From Malacoraja senta (taxonomy: Eukaryota): 64,000 nucleotides of DNA. The notes beneath the pieces are model-generated. The model was given only the letters and a program-made list of their open reading frames with translations, did not search any database and was not told where the DNA came from. Of the stretch, positions 25,776-38,683 are shown piece after piece. The stretch spans positions 4,590,001 to 4,654,000 of the forward strand of contig CM075995.1 in the NCBI GenBank assembly GCA_038087875.1, in the 5' to 3' direction. The translations under genes were made by a program, and so were the position numbers. Positions within the stretch are counted from its first letter, which is position 1. The number at the start of each line of letters is the position of its first letter.

Positions 25776-26659
25776 GGACCAGGAAACCAAGAAGCAAGAG
25801 TTACTCCAGGGAGTTACTCCAGCTCCAGGGAGTGATTCTGCATTGGTTTTCAGCGGTCGCAGCGAGGCGGCGACCGGACAGCAATGGCGGCCAGATCTCC
25901 CACAATGCACAGGGAGGGAGAAAGTGGCTGACGCCGACCAGTTTCCATGGCAGTGTGCAGGGCGGCACATGATGTGCTGGCCGAGGTTGTGCCATGTGCT
26001 GGGAGAGGATGTGCAGGCCGCGGCAGTGCGCATGTGTAAGGCGGCCGGCTGTGCCGGCGGATGAGCAGTGGGCGGAGAGAGGAGACCCGAGACCCGGACA
26101 CGGATGGCAGGCGGAGACGGAGAGTGGCAGAGAGAGAGATAGAGAAGGGGCCCGCTCAGAATTAAACGATAGGTGTCCCCGGTTGCTTACCAAGCCGGGC
26201 AAAATGGCATAGCATTTAGGTTGCCCCGCGGCACTTTAGGTCGCCATTGGGCAACCGCCAATTTCGAGTCCTGAGGAGGACGAGGGGTGATCATTTAAGA
26301 GGCGTACAAAGGAATGAAAGGAGAGGAATAGATTAGGTAGATGCACAGAGTCTCTTGCCCAGAGTAAGGGAATCAAAAACCAGAGGGCATAGGTTTGACG
26401 TGAGGAGGGAAAGATTTAATAGGAACCAGAGTGGTAACTTTTTCACACAAAGGGTGCTTGGTGTATGGAAGGAGTTGCCGGTAGTTGAGGCAGAACCTAT
26501 TGCAACTTTTAAGAAACAATTGGACAGATACATGGATAGGACGGATTGGGAGGGATATGGGCCAAACACAGGCAGGTGGGACTACTGTAGATGGGACATG
26601 TTGGCCGGTGTGGGCAAGTTGGACCAAAGGCACTGCTTCCACACTGTATGACTCTAAGA

Positions 26660-27144
26660 CAGCGGTCGGCAACCTACGGCCCCCAGGCCAAATGCGGTCC
26701 GTAACACAAAATCATCCGGCACACAGGCGGATTTTTTCTACCCATAATCATCTGAGGAGCGGTCAAGTGCCCCGAGCAGCGGCCGAGCGACCCGAGCAGC
26801 AGTAGCCAAGCTCTGGCTGCACCGTATCCTGCGCAAAGCCGCCGGCACGGCCGCGCACCCTCTGTGAACACGATTAAGAAAGAACTGCAGATGCTGGGAA
26901 TATCGATGGTAGACAAAAATGCTGGAGAAACTCAGCGGGTGTGACATGCAAGGATTGCATGAGGCTGCCTCACCCGCTGAGTTTCTCCAACATTTTTGTC
27001 TACATTCTGTGAACACATGATTGATGCCTGCCATCCAGAGCGGGATGGGGGCGGGATCCTTGCGTACACTTGATAGATGTGGCCCATCATCCGCTCACAG
27101 ACATGCGTCCCGGCCCCGATGCAGAACAAGGTTGCCGACCCCTG
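26660..27144. mobile_element. hAT-Charlie-like MITE
   Basis: TIR CAGCGGTCGGCAACCT / AGGTTGCCGACCCCTG; perfect 8-bp TSD CTCTAAGA at 26652-26659 and 27145-27152. Confidence 0.88.
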
Positions 27145-28199
27145 CTCTAAGACACCAAAGCTTCCAACTCAGCTGGATGTTGGTGGAGAGAAGATGAAAA
27201 TCAAGCCCAAAAGTATTAATGTTGTGGTAAAGATCAGAGGGAATGGTTTCTGCGTTTCTTGGACGGATGTAAGTTAGACGTCACCGAGCCACACATGGGG
27301 ACAGACTCATTTCTGTAGGGAGATCTCAACGGAGCAATATTGATAACATGCAAACAGTTAAAAAGAGATGTCGGGAATAAGTTCTAGAAATTCTCTCTCT
27401 GGTCTACCACGAGTTAGTTTGATGGTTAGTCACGAGTTAGTTTGTTGTATCCAGAATCTTTGTCTAAATGAGGCACGTTTGTTTGCTCCTTTCTATGTTC
27501 CAGGAGCAATTTGCCCAAGAAGCCCATCAAGTCTACTCTGCCATTCAATCATGATTGATCTATCATTCCCTCTCAACCCCATTCCCCTGCCTTCTCCCCA
27601 GAACCCCTGACACCCATTCACCTACTCCTATCCTAATCTTTGCAAAATAATGGGGTAAATAAACACACATTATACTCATGCAATAGACAATTGACAATAG
27701 GTGCAGGAGTAGGCCATTCGGCCCTTCGAGCTGAATTCAATGTGATCATGGCTGATCACTCCCAATCAGTACCCCGTTTCTGCCTTCTCCCCATACCCCC
27801 TGACTCCGCTATCTTTAAGAGCCCTATCTAGCTCTCTCTTGAAAGTATCCAGAGAACCGGCCTCCACTGCCCTCTGAGGCAGAGAATTCCACAGACTCAC
27901 AACTCTCTGTGTAAAAAAGTGTTTCCTCATCTCCGTTCTAAATGGCTTACCCCTTATTCTTAAACTGTGGCCCCTGGTTCTGGACTCCCCCAACATCGGG
28001 AACATGTTTCCTGCCTCTAGCGTACGGAGTACAATTTTCGCAACCTACACAAAAAGAACATTAATATATATATATTTTTAAACAATGTTAACTGTAAAAC
28101 ATTTTGATATTAAGAGAGGCTAAAAAGTTGTTTAAGAAACAAATGCCTTTAGTGATCTTCCTATGTACAACTCAGACCATCCTTTCATGTTCCACTTAC

Positions 28200-28318
28200 A
28201 TGAACAACGAGGAGGACTCTCATCATAATGCTGGTTGGGAAATCTATTGTTTCTTCTTTCAATAATTTCACTCGAGACTTATGTAGCATAATGACAGAGA
28301 AGTAATCATCATTTTCTC
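28200..28318 (-). CDS. TDP2: TDP2 exon 5 (GENDDYFSVIMLHKSRVKLLKEETIDFPTSIMMRVLLVVH)
   Basis: Acceptor ctttttcttag, donor CAT|gtaagt, 119 nt; similar to human YFTAIMLKKSRVKL...FPSTKMMRNLL. Confidence 0.96.
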
Positions 28319-28589
28319 CTAAGAAAAAGGAGATGCACATTAGGTTTATTTAGTAGCACCTCTCCTCCCCTTGCCTCTTCCGGCATAAAGCCAAATGCAT
28401 TCCATCCACCTCATTACTTTTGCAATTTATAGTAGGTTTAAAGAGGTAATATACTCAAAGATGTGACACTGAAAAACTAACTGACTCTTATTGAAATAAA
28501 GACACTAAGTGCTGGAGTAACTCAGCAAGTCAGGCAGCATCCCTGGAGAACATGGAAAGATGACGTTTCAGATCCCTGGATCTGAAATA

Positions 28590-29422
28590 TATATAAATGT
28601 GAGGTAATAATATAGATAAATGTGAAGTTATCCACTATGGTGGAAAAAACAAGGGGGCAGATTATTATCTCAATGGGGTTAGGTTAGGTAAGGGGGAGGT
28701 ACAGCGAGACCTGGGTGTCCTTGTACACCGGTCACTGAAAGTTGGCGTGCAGGTACAGCAGGCAGTGAAGAAAGCTAATGGAATGTTGGCCTTCATAACA
28801 AGAGGATTTCAGTATAGGAGTAGAGAGGTTCTTCTGCAGTTGTATAGGGCTCTGGTAAGACCACATCTGGAGTATTGCGTACAGTTTTGGTCTCCTAATT
28901 TGAGGAAGGACATCCTTGTCATTGAGGCAGTGCGGCGTAGGTTCACAAGATTGATCCTTGGGATGGCTGGATTGTCATATGAGGAAAGATTGAAAAGACT
29001 AGGCTTGCATTCACTGGAGTTTAGAAGGATGATGGGGAATCTTATAGAAACATATACAATTATAAAAGGACTGGACAAGCTAGATGCAGGAAAAATGTTC
29101 CCAATGTTGGGCGAGTCCAGAACCAGGGGCCACAGTCTTAGAATAAAGGGGAGGCCATTTAAGACTGAGGTGAGAAAAAACATTTTCACCCAGAGAGTTG
29201 TGAATTTGTGGAATTCCCTGCCACAGAGGGCAGTGGAGGGCAAATCACTGGATGGATTTAAGAGAGTTAGATAGAGCTCTAGGGGCTAGTGGAATCAATG
29301 GATATGGGGAGAAGGCAGGCACGGGTTATTGATTGGGGATGATCAGCCATGATCACAATGAATGGCGGTGCTGGCTCGAAGGGCCGAATGGCCTCCTCCT
29401 GCACCTTTTTTCTATGTTTCTA
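28590..29422 (+). mobile_element. CR1 3' fragment
   Basis: [15 protein letters not shown]...TRGHSLRI and ctatgtttctat tail. Confidence 0.9.
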
Positions 29423-29799
29423 TCCCGACCAGAAATGTCACCGACCCATATTATCCTGAGATGATGCCTGACCTGCTGAGTTACTTTAGTTTTGCTTATT
29501 ATTGTCACGTGTACCGAAGAATAGTGAAAATCTTGTGTTTGTGTACCATGCAGTCAAACAAAAGACAATATATGATTATAATCAAGCTGCCTGCAGTGCA
29601 CAGATAAAGGATAAAGGGAACAATATAGAGTCTAATAAAAGACAGTTCAAAAGGTCTCCAGGAAACAGTGTCTGTTATTTTGTGAACAAGCATCTGCAGT
29701 TCCTAGTTGCTGGGTGTCTTCTCTGGTGATGCTCTGCCAGTCCTGTATTGCAGCCACCTTTAGCTAATGCTGGTTTTGGGGGCTAGTGCCCTTCAGTTT

Positions 29800-30088
29800 T
29801 CTCTTCAGCATATAGAAGGCATGCTCAATTGGGTTCAGATCAGCTGATTGACTTGGTCACTCAAGAATTGACCAATTTTTATCTTTGTTGCTTTGGCAGT
29901 ATGTTTGGGATCATTGTCTTGCTGTTGAATGAATCGGCAGCCAATGAGTTTTGAGGCATTTGTTTGAACTTGAGCAGATAGGATGTGTCTACACACTCCA
30001 GAATTCATTATGCTACTACCATCAGCAGTTGTATCATCAATGAAGATACCTTCAGCAGGCATACATGCCCAGGAAATAACCCCCCCAG
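29800..30088 (-). mobile_element. Tc1 transposase fragment
   Basis: FIQQQDNDPKHTAKATK motif; a Tc1-type IR/DR end (tgtcccaaacattatgg twice, ...ggagggcactg) lies at ~37470-37742. Confidence 0.75.
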
Positions 30089-30091
30089 ATG

Positions 30092-33000
30092 AGGTGGTAT
30101 GTGACAGTGAGAGTAGGAATGGACCGAGGTGGAGGATAAATGCGTGGCTGAAGGACTGGTGCAGTGGACAGGGATTCAAGTTTCTGGATCTTTGGAACCT
30201 CTTTTGGGGAAGGTGTGACCTGTACAAAAAGGACGGGTTGCACTTGAACCCGAGGGGGACCAATATCCTGGCAGGGAGATTTGCAAAGGCTACTGGGGAG
30301 ACTTTAAACTAGAACGGTTGGGGGGTAGGACTGAAATAGAGAAAGCTAGTAGACAGTGTTTGAGGCAGGAGGAAGAGAAGGGAAGCACTCAGACCCAACA
30401 TGTAAGGTGGGAAAGAAGAAAAAGATAATAAACAGCGAATAAGAGGTGGTGGGTTTCTTAAATATGTGAGCAGAGAGACAGAGGGGTGTAAAATGAGGGT
30501 AGAAGCAATAGGTAGCATGGTGAAAAGTAAAAGTGGTAGGCAGACAAATCCAGGGCAAAAATCAAAAAGGGCCATTTTTCAACATAATTGTATAAGGGGT
30601 AAGAGTGTTGTAAAAACAAGCCTGAAGGATTTGTGTCTCAATGCAAGGAGCATTCGTAATAAGGTGGATGAGTTGAATGTGCAGATAGCTATTAATGACT
30701 ATGATATAGTTGGGATCACAGAGACATGGCTCCAGGGTGACCAAGGCTGGGAGCTGAACATCCAGGGATATTAAATATTCAGGAGGGATAGACAGAAAGG
30801 AAAAGGAGGTGGGGTAGCGTTGCTGGTTAGAGAGGAGATTACGCAATAGAAAGGAAGGACATTAGCTTGGAGGATGTGGAATCGATATGGGTAGAGCTAC
30901 GAAACACTAAGGGGCAGAAAACGCTAGTGGGAGTTGTGTACAGGCCACCTAACAGTAGTAGTGGAGTTGGGGATGGCATTAAACAGGAAATTAGAAATGC
31001 GTGCAACAAAGGTAAAACAGTTATAATGGGTGACTTCAATCTACATATAGATTGGGTGAATCAAATGGGCAGGGGTGCTGAGGAAGAGGATTTCTTGGAA
31101 TGTATGCGGGATAGTTTTTTAAACCAACATGTAGAGGAACCAACGAGAGAGCAGGCCATTCTAGACTGGGTATTGAGTAATGAGGAAGGGTTAGTTAGCA
31201 GTCTTGTTGTGCGTGGCCCCTTGGGCAAGACTGACCAAAATATGGTTCTTCATTAGGATGGAGAGTGACATAATTATTTCAGAAACAAGGGTTCTGAACT
31301 TTGAGGGTATGAGACGTGAATTGGCCAAGATAGACTGGCAATTGATTTTTAAAGGGTCGACGGTGGATATGCAATGGAAGGCATTTAAAGGCTGCATGGA
31401 TGAACTACAACAATTGTTCATCCCAGTTTGGCAAAAGAATAAAGCAGGGAAGGTAGTGCATCCGTGGATAACAAGGGAAATCAGGGATAGTATCAAAGCA
31501 AAAGATGATGCGTACAAATTAGCCAGAAAAAGCAGCCTACCAGAGGACTGGGAGAAATTCAGCAGAGGAGGACAAAGGGCTTAATTAGGAAAGGGAAAAT
31601 AGATTATGAAAGAAAACTGGCAGGGAACATAAAAACTGACTGCAAAAGTTTTTATAGATATGTGAAGAGAAAAAGATTAGTTAAAACAAATGTAGGTCCC
31701 TTGCAGTCAGAAACAGGTTAAATGATCATGGGGAACAAGGACATGGCAGACCAATTGAATAACTAGTTTGGTTCTGTCTTCAATGCCGGAAATAGCAGGG
31801 GACCGGGGGTCAAATGAGATGGAGGAACTGAGTGAAATCCAGATTAGCCGAGAAGTGGTGTTAGGTAAATTGAATGGATTAAAGGCCGATAAATCCCAGG
31901 GCCAGATAGGCTGCATCCCAGAGTACATAAGGAAGTAGCCCCAGAAATAGTGGATGCATTAGTGATAATTTTTTTAAACTCTTTAGATTCTGCAGTAGTT
32001 CCTGAGGATTGGAGGGTAGCTAATGGAACTCCACTTTTTAAAAAGGGAGGGAGAGAGAAAACAGGGAATTACAGATCAGTTAGTCTAACATCGGTAGTGG
32101 GGAAACTGCTAGAGTCAGTTATTAAAGATGGGATAGCAGCACATTTGGAAAATGGTGAAATCATTGGACAAAGTCAGCATGGATTTATGAAAGGTAAATC
32201 ATGTCTGACGAACCTTATAGAATTTTTCGAGGATGTAATTAGTAGAGTGGATAAGGGAGAACCAGTGGATGTGTTATATCTGGACTTTCAGAGATTAGTA
32301 TACAAACTTAAAGCACACGGTATTGGGGGTTCAGTATTGATGTGGATAGAGAACTGGCTGGCAGACAGGAAGCAAAGAGTAGGAGTTAACGGGTCCTTTT
32401 CAGAATGGCAGGCAGCGACTAGTGGGGTACCACAAGGCTCAGTGCTGGGACCCCAGCTATTTACAATATATATTAATGATTTGGACGAGGGAATTGAATG
32501 CAACATCTCCAAGTTTGCGGATGACACGAAGCTGTGGGGCAGTGTTAGCTGTGAGGAAAATGTGAGATTATCCACTTTGGTGGCAAAAACAGGAAAGTAG
32601 ACTGTTACCTGAATGGTGGCCGATTAGGAAAAGGGGAGATGCAACGAGATCTGGGTGTCATGGTACACCAGTCATTGAAAGTAGGCATGCAGGTGCAGCA
32701 GGCAGTGAAGAAAGCGAATGGTATGTTAGCATTCATAGCAAAAGGATTTGAGTATAGGAGCAGGGAGGTTCTACTGCAGTTGTACAGGGTCTTGGTGAGA
32801 CCACACCTGGAGTATTGCGTACAGTTTTGGTCTCCTAATCTGAGGAAGGACATTCTTGCGATAGAGGGAGTACAGAGAAGGTTCACCAGACTGATTCCTG
32901 GGATGTCAGGACTTTCATATGAAGAAAGACTGGATAGACTCGGCTTGTACTCGCTGGAATTTAGAAGATTGAGGGGGGATCTTATAGAAACGTACAAAAT

Positions 33001-33368
33001 TCTTAAGGGGTTGGACAGGCTAGATGCAGGAAGATTGTTCCCGATGTTGGGGAGGTCCAGAACAAGGGGTCACAGTTTAAGGATAAAGGGGAAATCTTTT
33101 AGGACTGAGATGAGAAAAACATTTTTTACACAGAGAGTGGTGAATCTCTGGAATTCTCTGCCACAGAATGTAGTTGAGGCCAGTTCATTGGCTATATTTA
33201 AGAGGGAGTTAGATGTGGCCCTTGTGGCTAAAGGGATCAGGGGGTATGGAGAGAAAGCAGGTACAGGATACTGAGTTGGATGATCAGCCATGATCATATT
33301 GAATGGCGGTGCAGGCTCGAAGGGCCGAATGGCCTACTCCTTCACCTATTTTCTCTGTTTCTATGTTT
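30092..33368 (+). mobile_element. CR1 LINE, 5'-truncated and degenerate (ORF1 end, APE, RT, tail)
   Basis: [30 protein letters not shown] and FADD motifs with stops and frameshifts. Confidence 0.93.
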
Positions 33369-33727
33369 CAGATCTTGTGCAGTTCCTTCTCTCATCCATA
33401 CTTGCTCTTGCTATAAGTTAATCTTGGTCTGCCCATGACCTTTTTTCCTGAACTGTGGTTGCTCTTTTTATGCTTTTTATGCACTTAGGCGACTTTTTAG
33501 GCGAGTGCAGGAGACTCTGCGCTCGCCACGTTTGCTGATAGTCTCTGGTGAGTCTCCTTTATGGTCGCGAGGAGTTCCCGCATTCTGGGAACTAGTCGTG
33601 GCCTCAATATGGTCGCCGCAAATTTATCAACGTTGGTCGCCATGGAGAAAATCAATAATCCTGTAGTCGTAGGTACAGTTGTGGTGGGGTCGTCATGTAG
33701 TTATGGGTAGTCGAGGTAGTCGAGTAG

Positions 33728-36700
33728 GCGATTCTGTGGACGCAGTCAGGAGACCCGGATGGTAGTTTGCCTCCCTGGTGCCAGGGTCAGGGATGTGTCT
33801 GAACGCGTCCAAGATATCCTGAAATCGGAGGGAGAGGAGCCTGAGGTTGTGGTACATATAGGTACCAATGACATAGGCAGAAAAAGAGAAGAGGTCCTGA
33901 AAGGAGAATTTAGGGAGTTGGGGGGAAGAGTTAAGGAGAAGGTCCGCAAAGATAACAATCTCAGGATTACTACCTGTGCCACGCGACAGTGAGAGTAGGA
34001 ATAAAATGAGGTGGAGGATAAATGCGTGGCTGAGGAACTGGTGCAGCAGGCAGGGATTCAAATTTCTGGATCATTGGGACCTCATTTGGGGAAGGTGTGA
34101 CCTGTACAGAAAGGACGGGTTGCACTTGAACCCGAGGGGAACCAATATCCTGGCGGGGAGATTTGCAAAGGCTACTGGGGAGACTTTAAACTAGAACGGT
34201 TGGGGGGAGGGACTCAAATAGAGAAAGATAGTAGAAAATGTGGGAGGCAGGAGGCAGAGAAGGGAAGCACTCGGACCCAAAATGTAGGGGAGAAAGAAGA
34301 AAAAGATAATAAACCGAGAATAAGTGGTGGTGGGTTTCTGAAATGTGTACATTTTAATGCTAGGAGCATTGTAAGAAAGGTGGATGAGCTTAGAGTCTGG
34401 ATTGACACCTGGAAGTATGATGTTGTGGCGATCAGTGAAACATGGCTGCAGGAGGGCTGTGATTGGAAACTAAATATTCCAGGATTTCGTTGCTTCAGGG
34501 GTGATAGAATTGGAGGGGCAAGAGGTGGGGGTGTTGCATTGCTTGTCAAGGAAGATATTACAGCAGTGCTTTGGCAGGATAGATTAGAGGGCTCGTCTAG
34601 GGAGGCTATTTGGGTGGAGCTGAGAAATGGGAAAGGTGTAGCAACACTTATAGGGGTGTATTATAGACTGCCAAATGGGGAGCGAGAATTGGAAGAGCAA
34701 ATATGTAAGGAGATAGCAGATATTAGTAGTAAGCACAAGGTAGTGATTGTGGGAGATTTCAGTTTTCCACACATAGACTGGGAAACACATTCTGTAAAAG
34801 GGCTGGATGGTTTGGAGTTTGTAAAATGTGTGCAGGATAGTTTTTTGCAGCAATACATAGAGGTACCTACTAGAGAAGGGGCAGTGCTGGACCTCCTGTT
34901 AGGAAATGAGACAGGGCAGGTGGCGGAGGTAAGCGTTGGGGAGCACTTCGGGTCCAGTGATCACAATACCATTAGTTTCAATATAATTATGGAGAGGGTC
35001 AGAACTGGACCTATGGTTGAGATTTTTGATTGGAGAAAGGCTAACTTTGAGGAGATGCGAAAGGATTTAAAAGGAGTGAATTGGGATATGTTGTTTTATG
35101 GGAAGGATGTCGAAGAGAAATGGAGGACATTTAAGGGTGAAATTTTAAGAGTACAGTATCTTTATGTCCCTGTTCGGTTGAAAGGAAATAGTAAAAATTG
35201 GACACTTGGTTCGGAAAAAGAGCGATCTACAATAATTATAGTCAGCATGGAGTAAATGAGGTGCTTGAGGAGTATAAAGAATGTAAAAAGAATATTAAGA
35301 AAGAAATTAGAAAAGCTAAAAGAAGATATGAGGTTGCTTTGGCAAGTAAGGTGAAAGTAAATCCAAAGGGTTTCTACAGCTATATTAATAGCAAAAGGAT
35401 AACAAGGAATAAAATTGGTCCATTAGAGAGTCAGAGTGGACAGCTATCTGCAGAGCCAAAAGAGATGGGGGAGATATTGAACAATTTCTTTTCTTCGGTA
35501 TTCACCAAGGAGAAGGATACGGAATTATGTGAGTTAAGGGAAACAAGCAGAGTAGCAATGGAAACTATGAGATTCAAAGAAGAGGAGGTGCGGACACTTT
35601 TGAAAAATATGAAAACGGATAAGTCTCCAGGTCCTGACAGGATATTCCCGAGGACATTGAGGGAAGTTAGTGTAGAAATAGCAGGGGCTATGACAGAAAT
35701 ATTTCAAATGTCATTAGAAACGGGAATAGTGCCGGAGGATTGGCGTACTGCGCATGTTGTTCCGTTGTTTAAAAAGGGTTCTAAGAGTAAACCTAGCAAT
35801 TATAGACCTGTTAGTTTGACGTCAGTTGTGGGCAAATTAATGGAAAGGATACTTAGAGATAATATATATAAGCATCTGGATAAGCAGGGTCTGATTAGGA
35901 ACAGTCAACATGGATTTGTGCCTGGAAGGTCATGTTTGACTAATCTTCTAGAATTTTTCGAAGAGGTTACTAGGGAAATTGATGAGGGTAAAGCAGTGGA
36001 TGTTGTCTATATGGACTTCAGTAAGGCCTTTGACAAGGTTCCTCATGGAAGGTTGGTTAAGAAGATTAAATTGTTGGGCATTAATGGTGGAGTAGCAAGA
36101 TGGATTCAACAGTGGCTGAATGGGAGATGCCAGAGAGTAATGGTGGATGGCTGTTTGTCAGGTTGGAGGCCGGTGACTAGTGGGGTGCCTCAGGGGTCTG
36201 TGTTGGGTCCACTGTTGTTTGTCATGTACATCAATGATCTGGATGATGGTGTGGAAAATTGGATTAGTAAGTATGCAGATGATACTAAGATAGGTGGTGT
36301 GGTGGATAATGAAGTAGATTTTCAAAGTCTACAGAGAGATTTAGGCCATTTGGAAGAGTGGGCTGAAAGATGGCAGATGGAGTTTAATGCTGATAAACAT
36401 CTCGGCAGGACAAATCAAAATAGGAAGTACATGGTAAATGGTAGAGAATTGAGGAATGCAGTTGAACAGAGGGATCTAGGAATAACTGTACATAGTTCCC
36501 TGAAGGTGGAATCTCATGTAGATAGGATGGTAAAGAAAGCTTTTGGTGTGCTGGCCTTTATAAATCAGAGCATTGAATATAGAAGTTGGGATGTAATGTT
36601 AAAATTGTACAAGGCATTGGTGAGACCAATTCTGGAGTATGGAATACAATTTTGGTCGCCTAATTATAGGAAGGGTGTCAACAGAATAGAGAGAGTACAG

Positions 36701-37194
36701 AGGAGATGTGCTAGAATGTTGCCTGGGTTTCAGCAACTAAGTTACAGAAAAAAGGTTGAACAAGTTAGGTCTTTATTCTTTGGAGCGCAGAAGGTTAAGA
36801 GGGGACTTGATAGAGGTCTTTAAAATTATGAGCGGGTTAGACAGAGTTGACATGGATAAGCTTTTTCCATTAAGAGTAGGGAAGATTCAAACAAGGGGAC
36901 ATGACTTGAGAATTAAGGGACAGAAGTTTAGGGGTAACATTAGGGGAAACTTCTGTACTCAGAGAGTGGTAGCTGTGTGGAATGAGCTTCCAGTGGAAGT
37001 GGTGGAGGCAGGTTCGATTTTATCCTTTAAAAATAGATTGGACGGGAAAGGAATGGAGGGTTATGGTCTGAGTGCAGGTAGATGGGACTAGGGGGAAGTA
37101 AGAAGAAAGAAGGGGGGAAAAAAAGTCTTCGGCACGGACTTGAAGGGCCGAGATGGCCTGTTTCCGTGCTGTAATGGTTATATGGTTATATGGT
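33728..37194 (+). mobile_element. CR1 LINE, near full-length ORF2 plus part of SGNH-esterase ORF1
   Basis: VVVHIGTNDI and DGLHL in ORF1; APE in 34200-35255; RT with YADD in 35198-36823; (atggttat)n tail. Confidence 0.95.
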
Positions 37195-38683
37195 AGTCGT
37201 ACGTTGTTTTAGCTAATCGCCTTTGCTAATCGGCATTTTCATTGGCTCATCGGGTAAAAAAGACGTAAGCAGGACTTTTCAGAACCAAGGAGATGTGCGC
37301 GTGTGTGTGTGTGTGTGCGTGCGCTTTTATAATATGAGGTATTGTGTGTAGATTGATGATTAAAAAAAAAGAATTCAATCCATTTTAAAATAAGGCTGTA
37401 GCGTAACTAAATGTGGAAAAAGTAAAGGGGTCTGAATGCTTTCTGAATGCACTATACCTGCATTAAAGAGGCAATTAAACACACCTGAGCAATTACAAAC
37501 GCCTGTGAGGCCGTGTGTCCCAAACATTATGGTGCCCTGAAATGGGGGGGGGACTATGTATAAACACACAGCTGTAATTTCTACATGGTGAAACCAAAAT
37601 GTATAAAAATGGCCTTTAATATAATCTGACAACGTGCACTCCAACCACATGTTATTTTTTCTATTACAAATATCAAATTGTGGAGATCAGAGGCAAATAA
37701 ATAAATGATGGGTCTTTGTCCCAAACATTATGGAGGGCACTGTTCTATGTAATTTTATTTTTGATGCATTAAATAAAAGGAGACGCCAAGATATTCGGAA
37801 AAGAGAATGAATGCACTTAAGTGACATGCAGCTGAACATACTGCCAGTGGCAAATGAAATTTGGAAGCTCTAAATTGTCTGGTGTAATTTCAATTATGTC
37901 AGGGGCGGCACGGTGGCACAGCGGTAGAGTTGCTGCTTTGCAGTGCCAGAGACCCGGGTTCATCCTGACTACGAGTGCATCGAGTTTATACGTTCTCCAT
38001 GTGACCGCGTGGGTTTTCTCCAAGTGCTCCGATTTTCTCCCGCACTCCAAAGACATACATATAACCGTTACAGCACGGAAACAGGCCATCTCGGCCCTTC
38101 AAGTCCGTGCCGAACACTTTCCCCCCCCCCCTTCTTTCTTCTTACTTCCCCCTAGTCCCATCTACCTGCACTCAGACCATAACCCTCCATTCCTTTCCCT
38201 TCCATATACCCATTCAATCTATTTTTAAAGGATAAAATCAAACCTGCCTCCACCACTTCCACTGGAAGCTCATTCCACACAGCTACCACTCTCTGAGTAA
38301 AGAAGTTCCCCCTAATGTTACCCCTAAACTTCTGTCCCTTAATTCTCAAGTCATGTACCCTTGTTTGAATCTTCCCTACTCTCAATAGGCAAAGCTTATC
38401 CACGTCAACTTTGTCAAACCCACTCATCATTTTAAAGACCTCTATCAAGTCCCCCCTTAACCTTCTGCGCTCCAAAGAATAAAGACCTAACTTGTTCAAA
38501 CTTTCTCTGTAACTTAGTTGCTGAAACCCAGGCAACATTATAGTAAATCTCCTCTGTACTCTCTCTATTTTGTTGACATCCTTCCTATAATTAGGCAACC
38601 AAAATTGTACTCTATACTCCAGAATTGGCCTCACCAATGCCTTGTACAATTTTAACATTACATCCCAACTTCTATATTCAATG

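Larger units (their letters stand above)
23254..26273. mobile_element. hAT-like non-autonomous element carrying nested Penelope, SINE, LINE-tail and microsatellite insertions
   Basis: Ends CAGGGCTC... and ...GAGTCCTG with shared taggttgcc subterminal motifs; AGGAG duplicated on both sides; interrupts a CR1 fragment. Confidence 0.55.

Noticed and set aside
25559..26033. ORFs with (YI)n runs
   Set aside because: Translations of the (AT)n microsatellite.
34200..35255. Second EEP-fold gene (TDP2 paralogue)
   Set aside because: It is the CR1 APE endonuclease, directly followed by RT.
37905..37975. tRNA gene
   Set aside because: tRNA-like SINE head continuing into a SINE body; many degenerate copies and no convincing cloverleaf.
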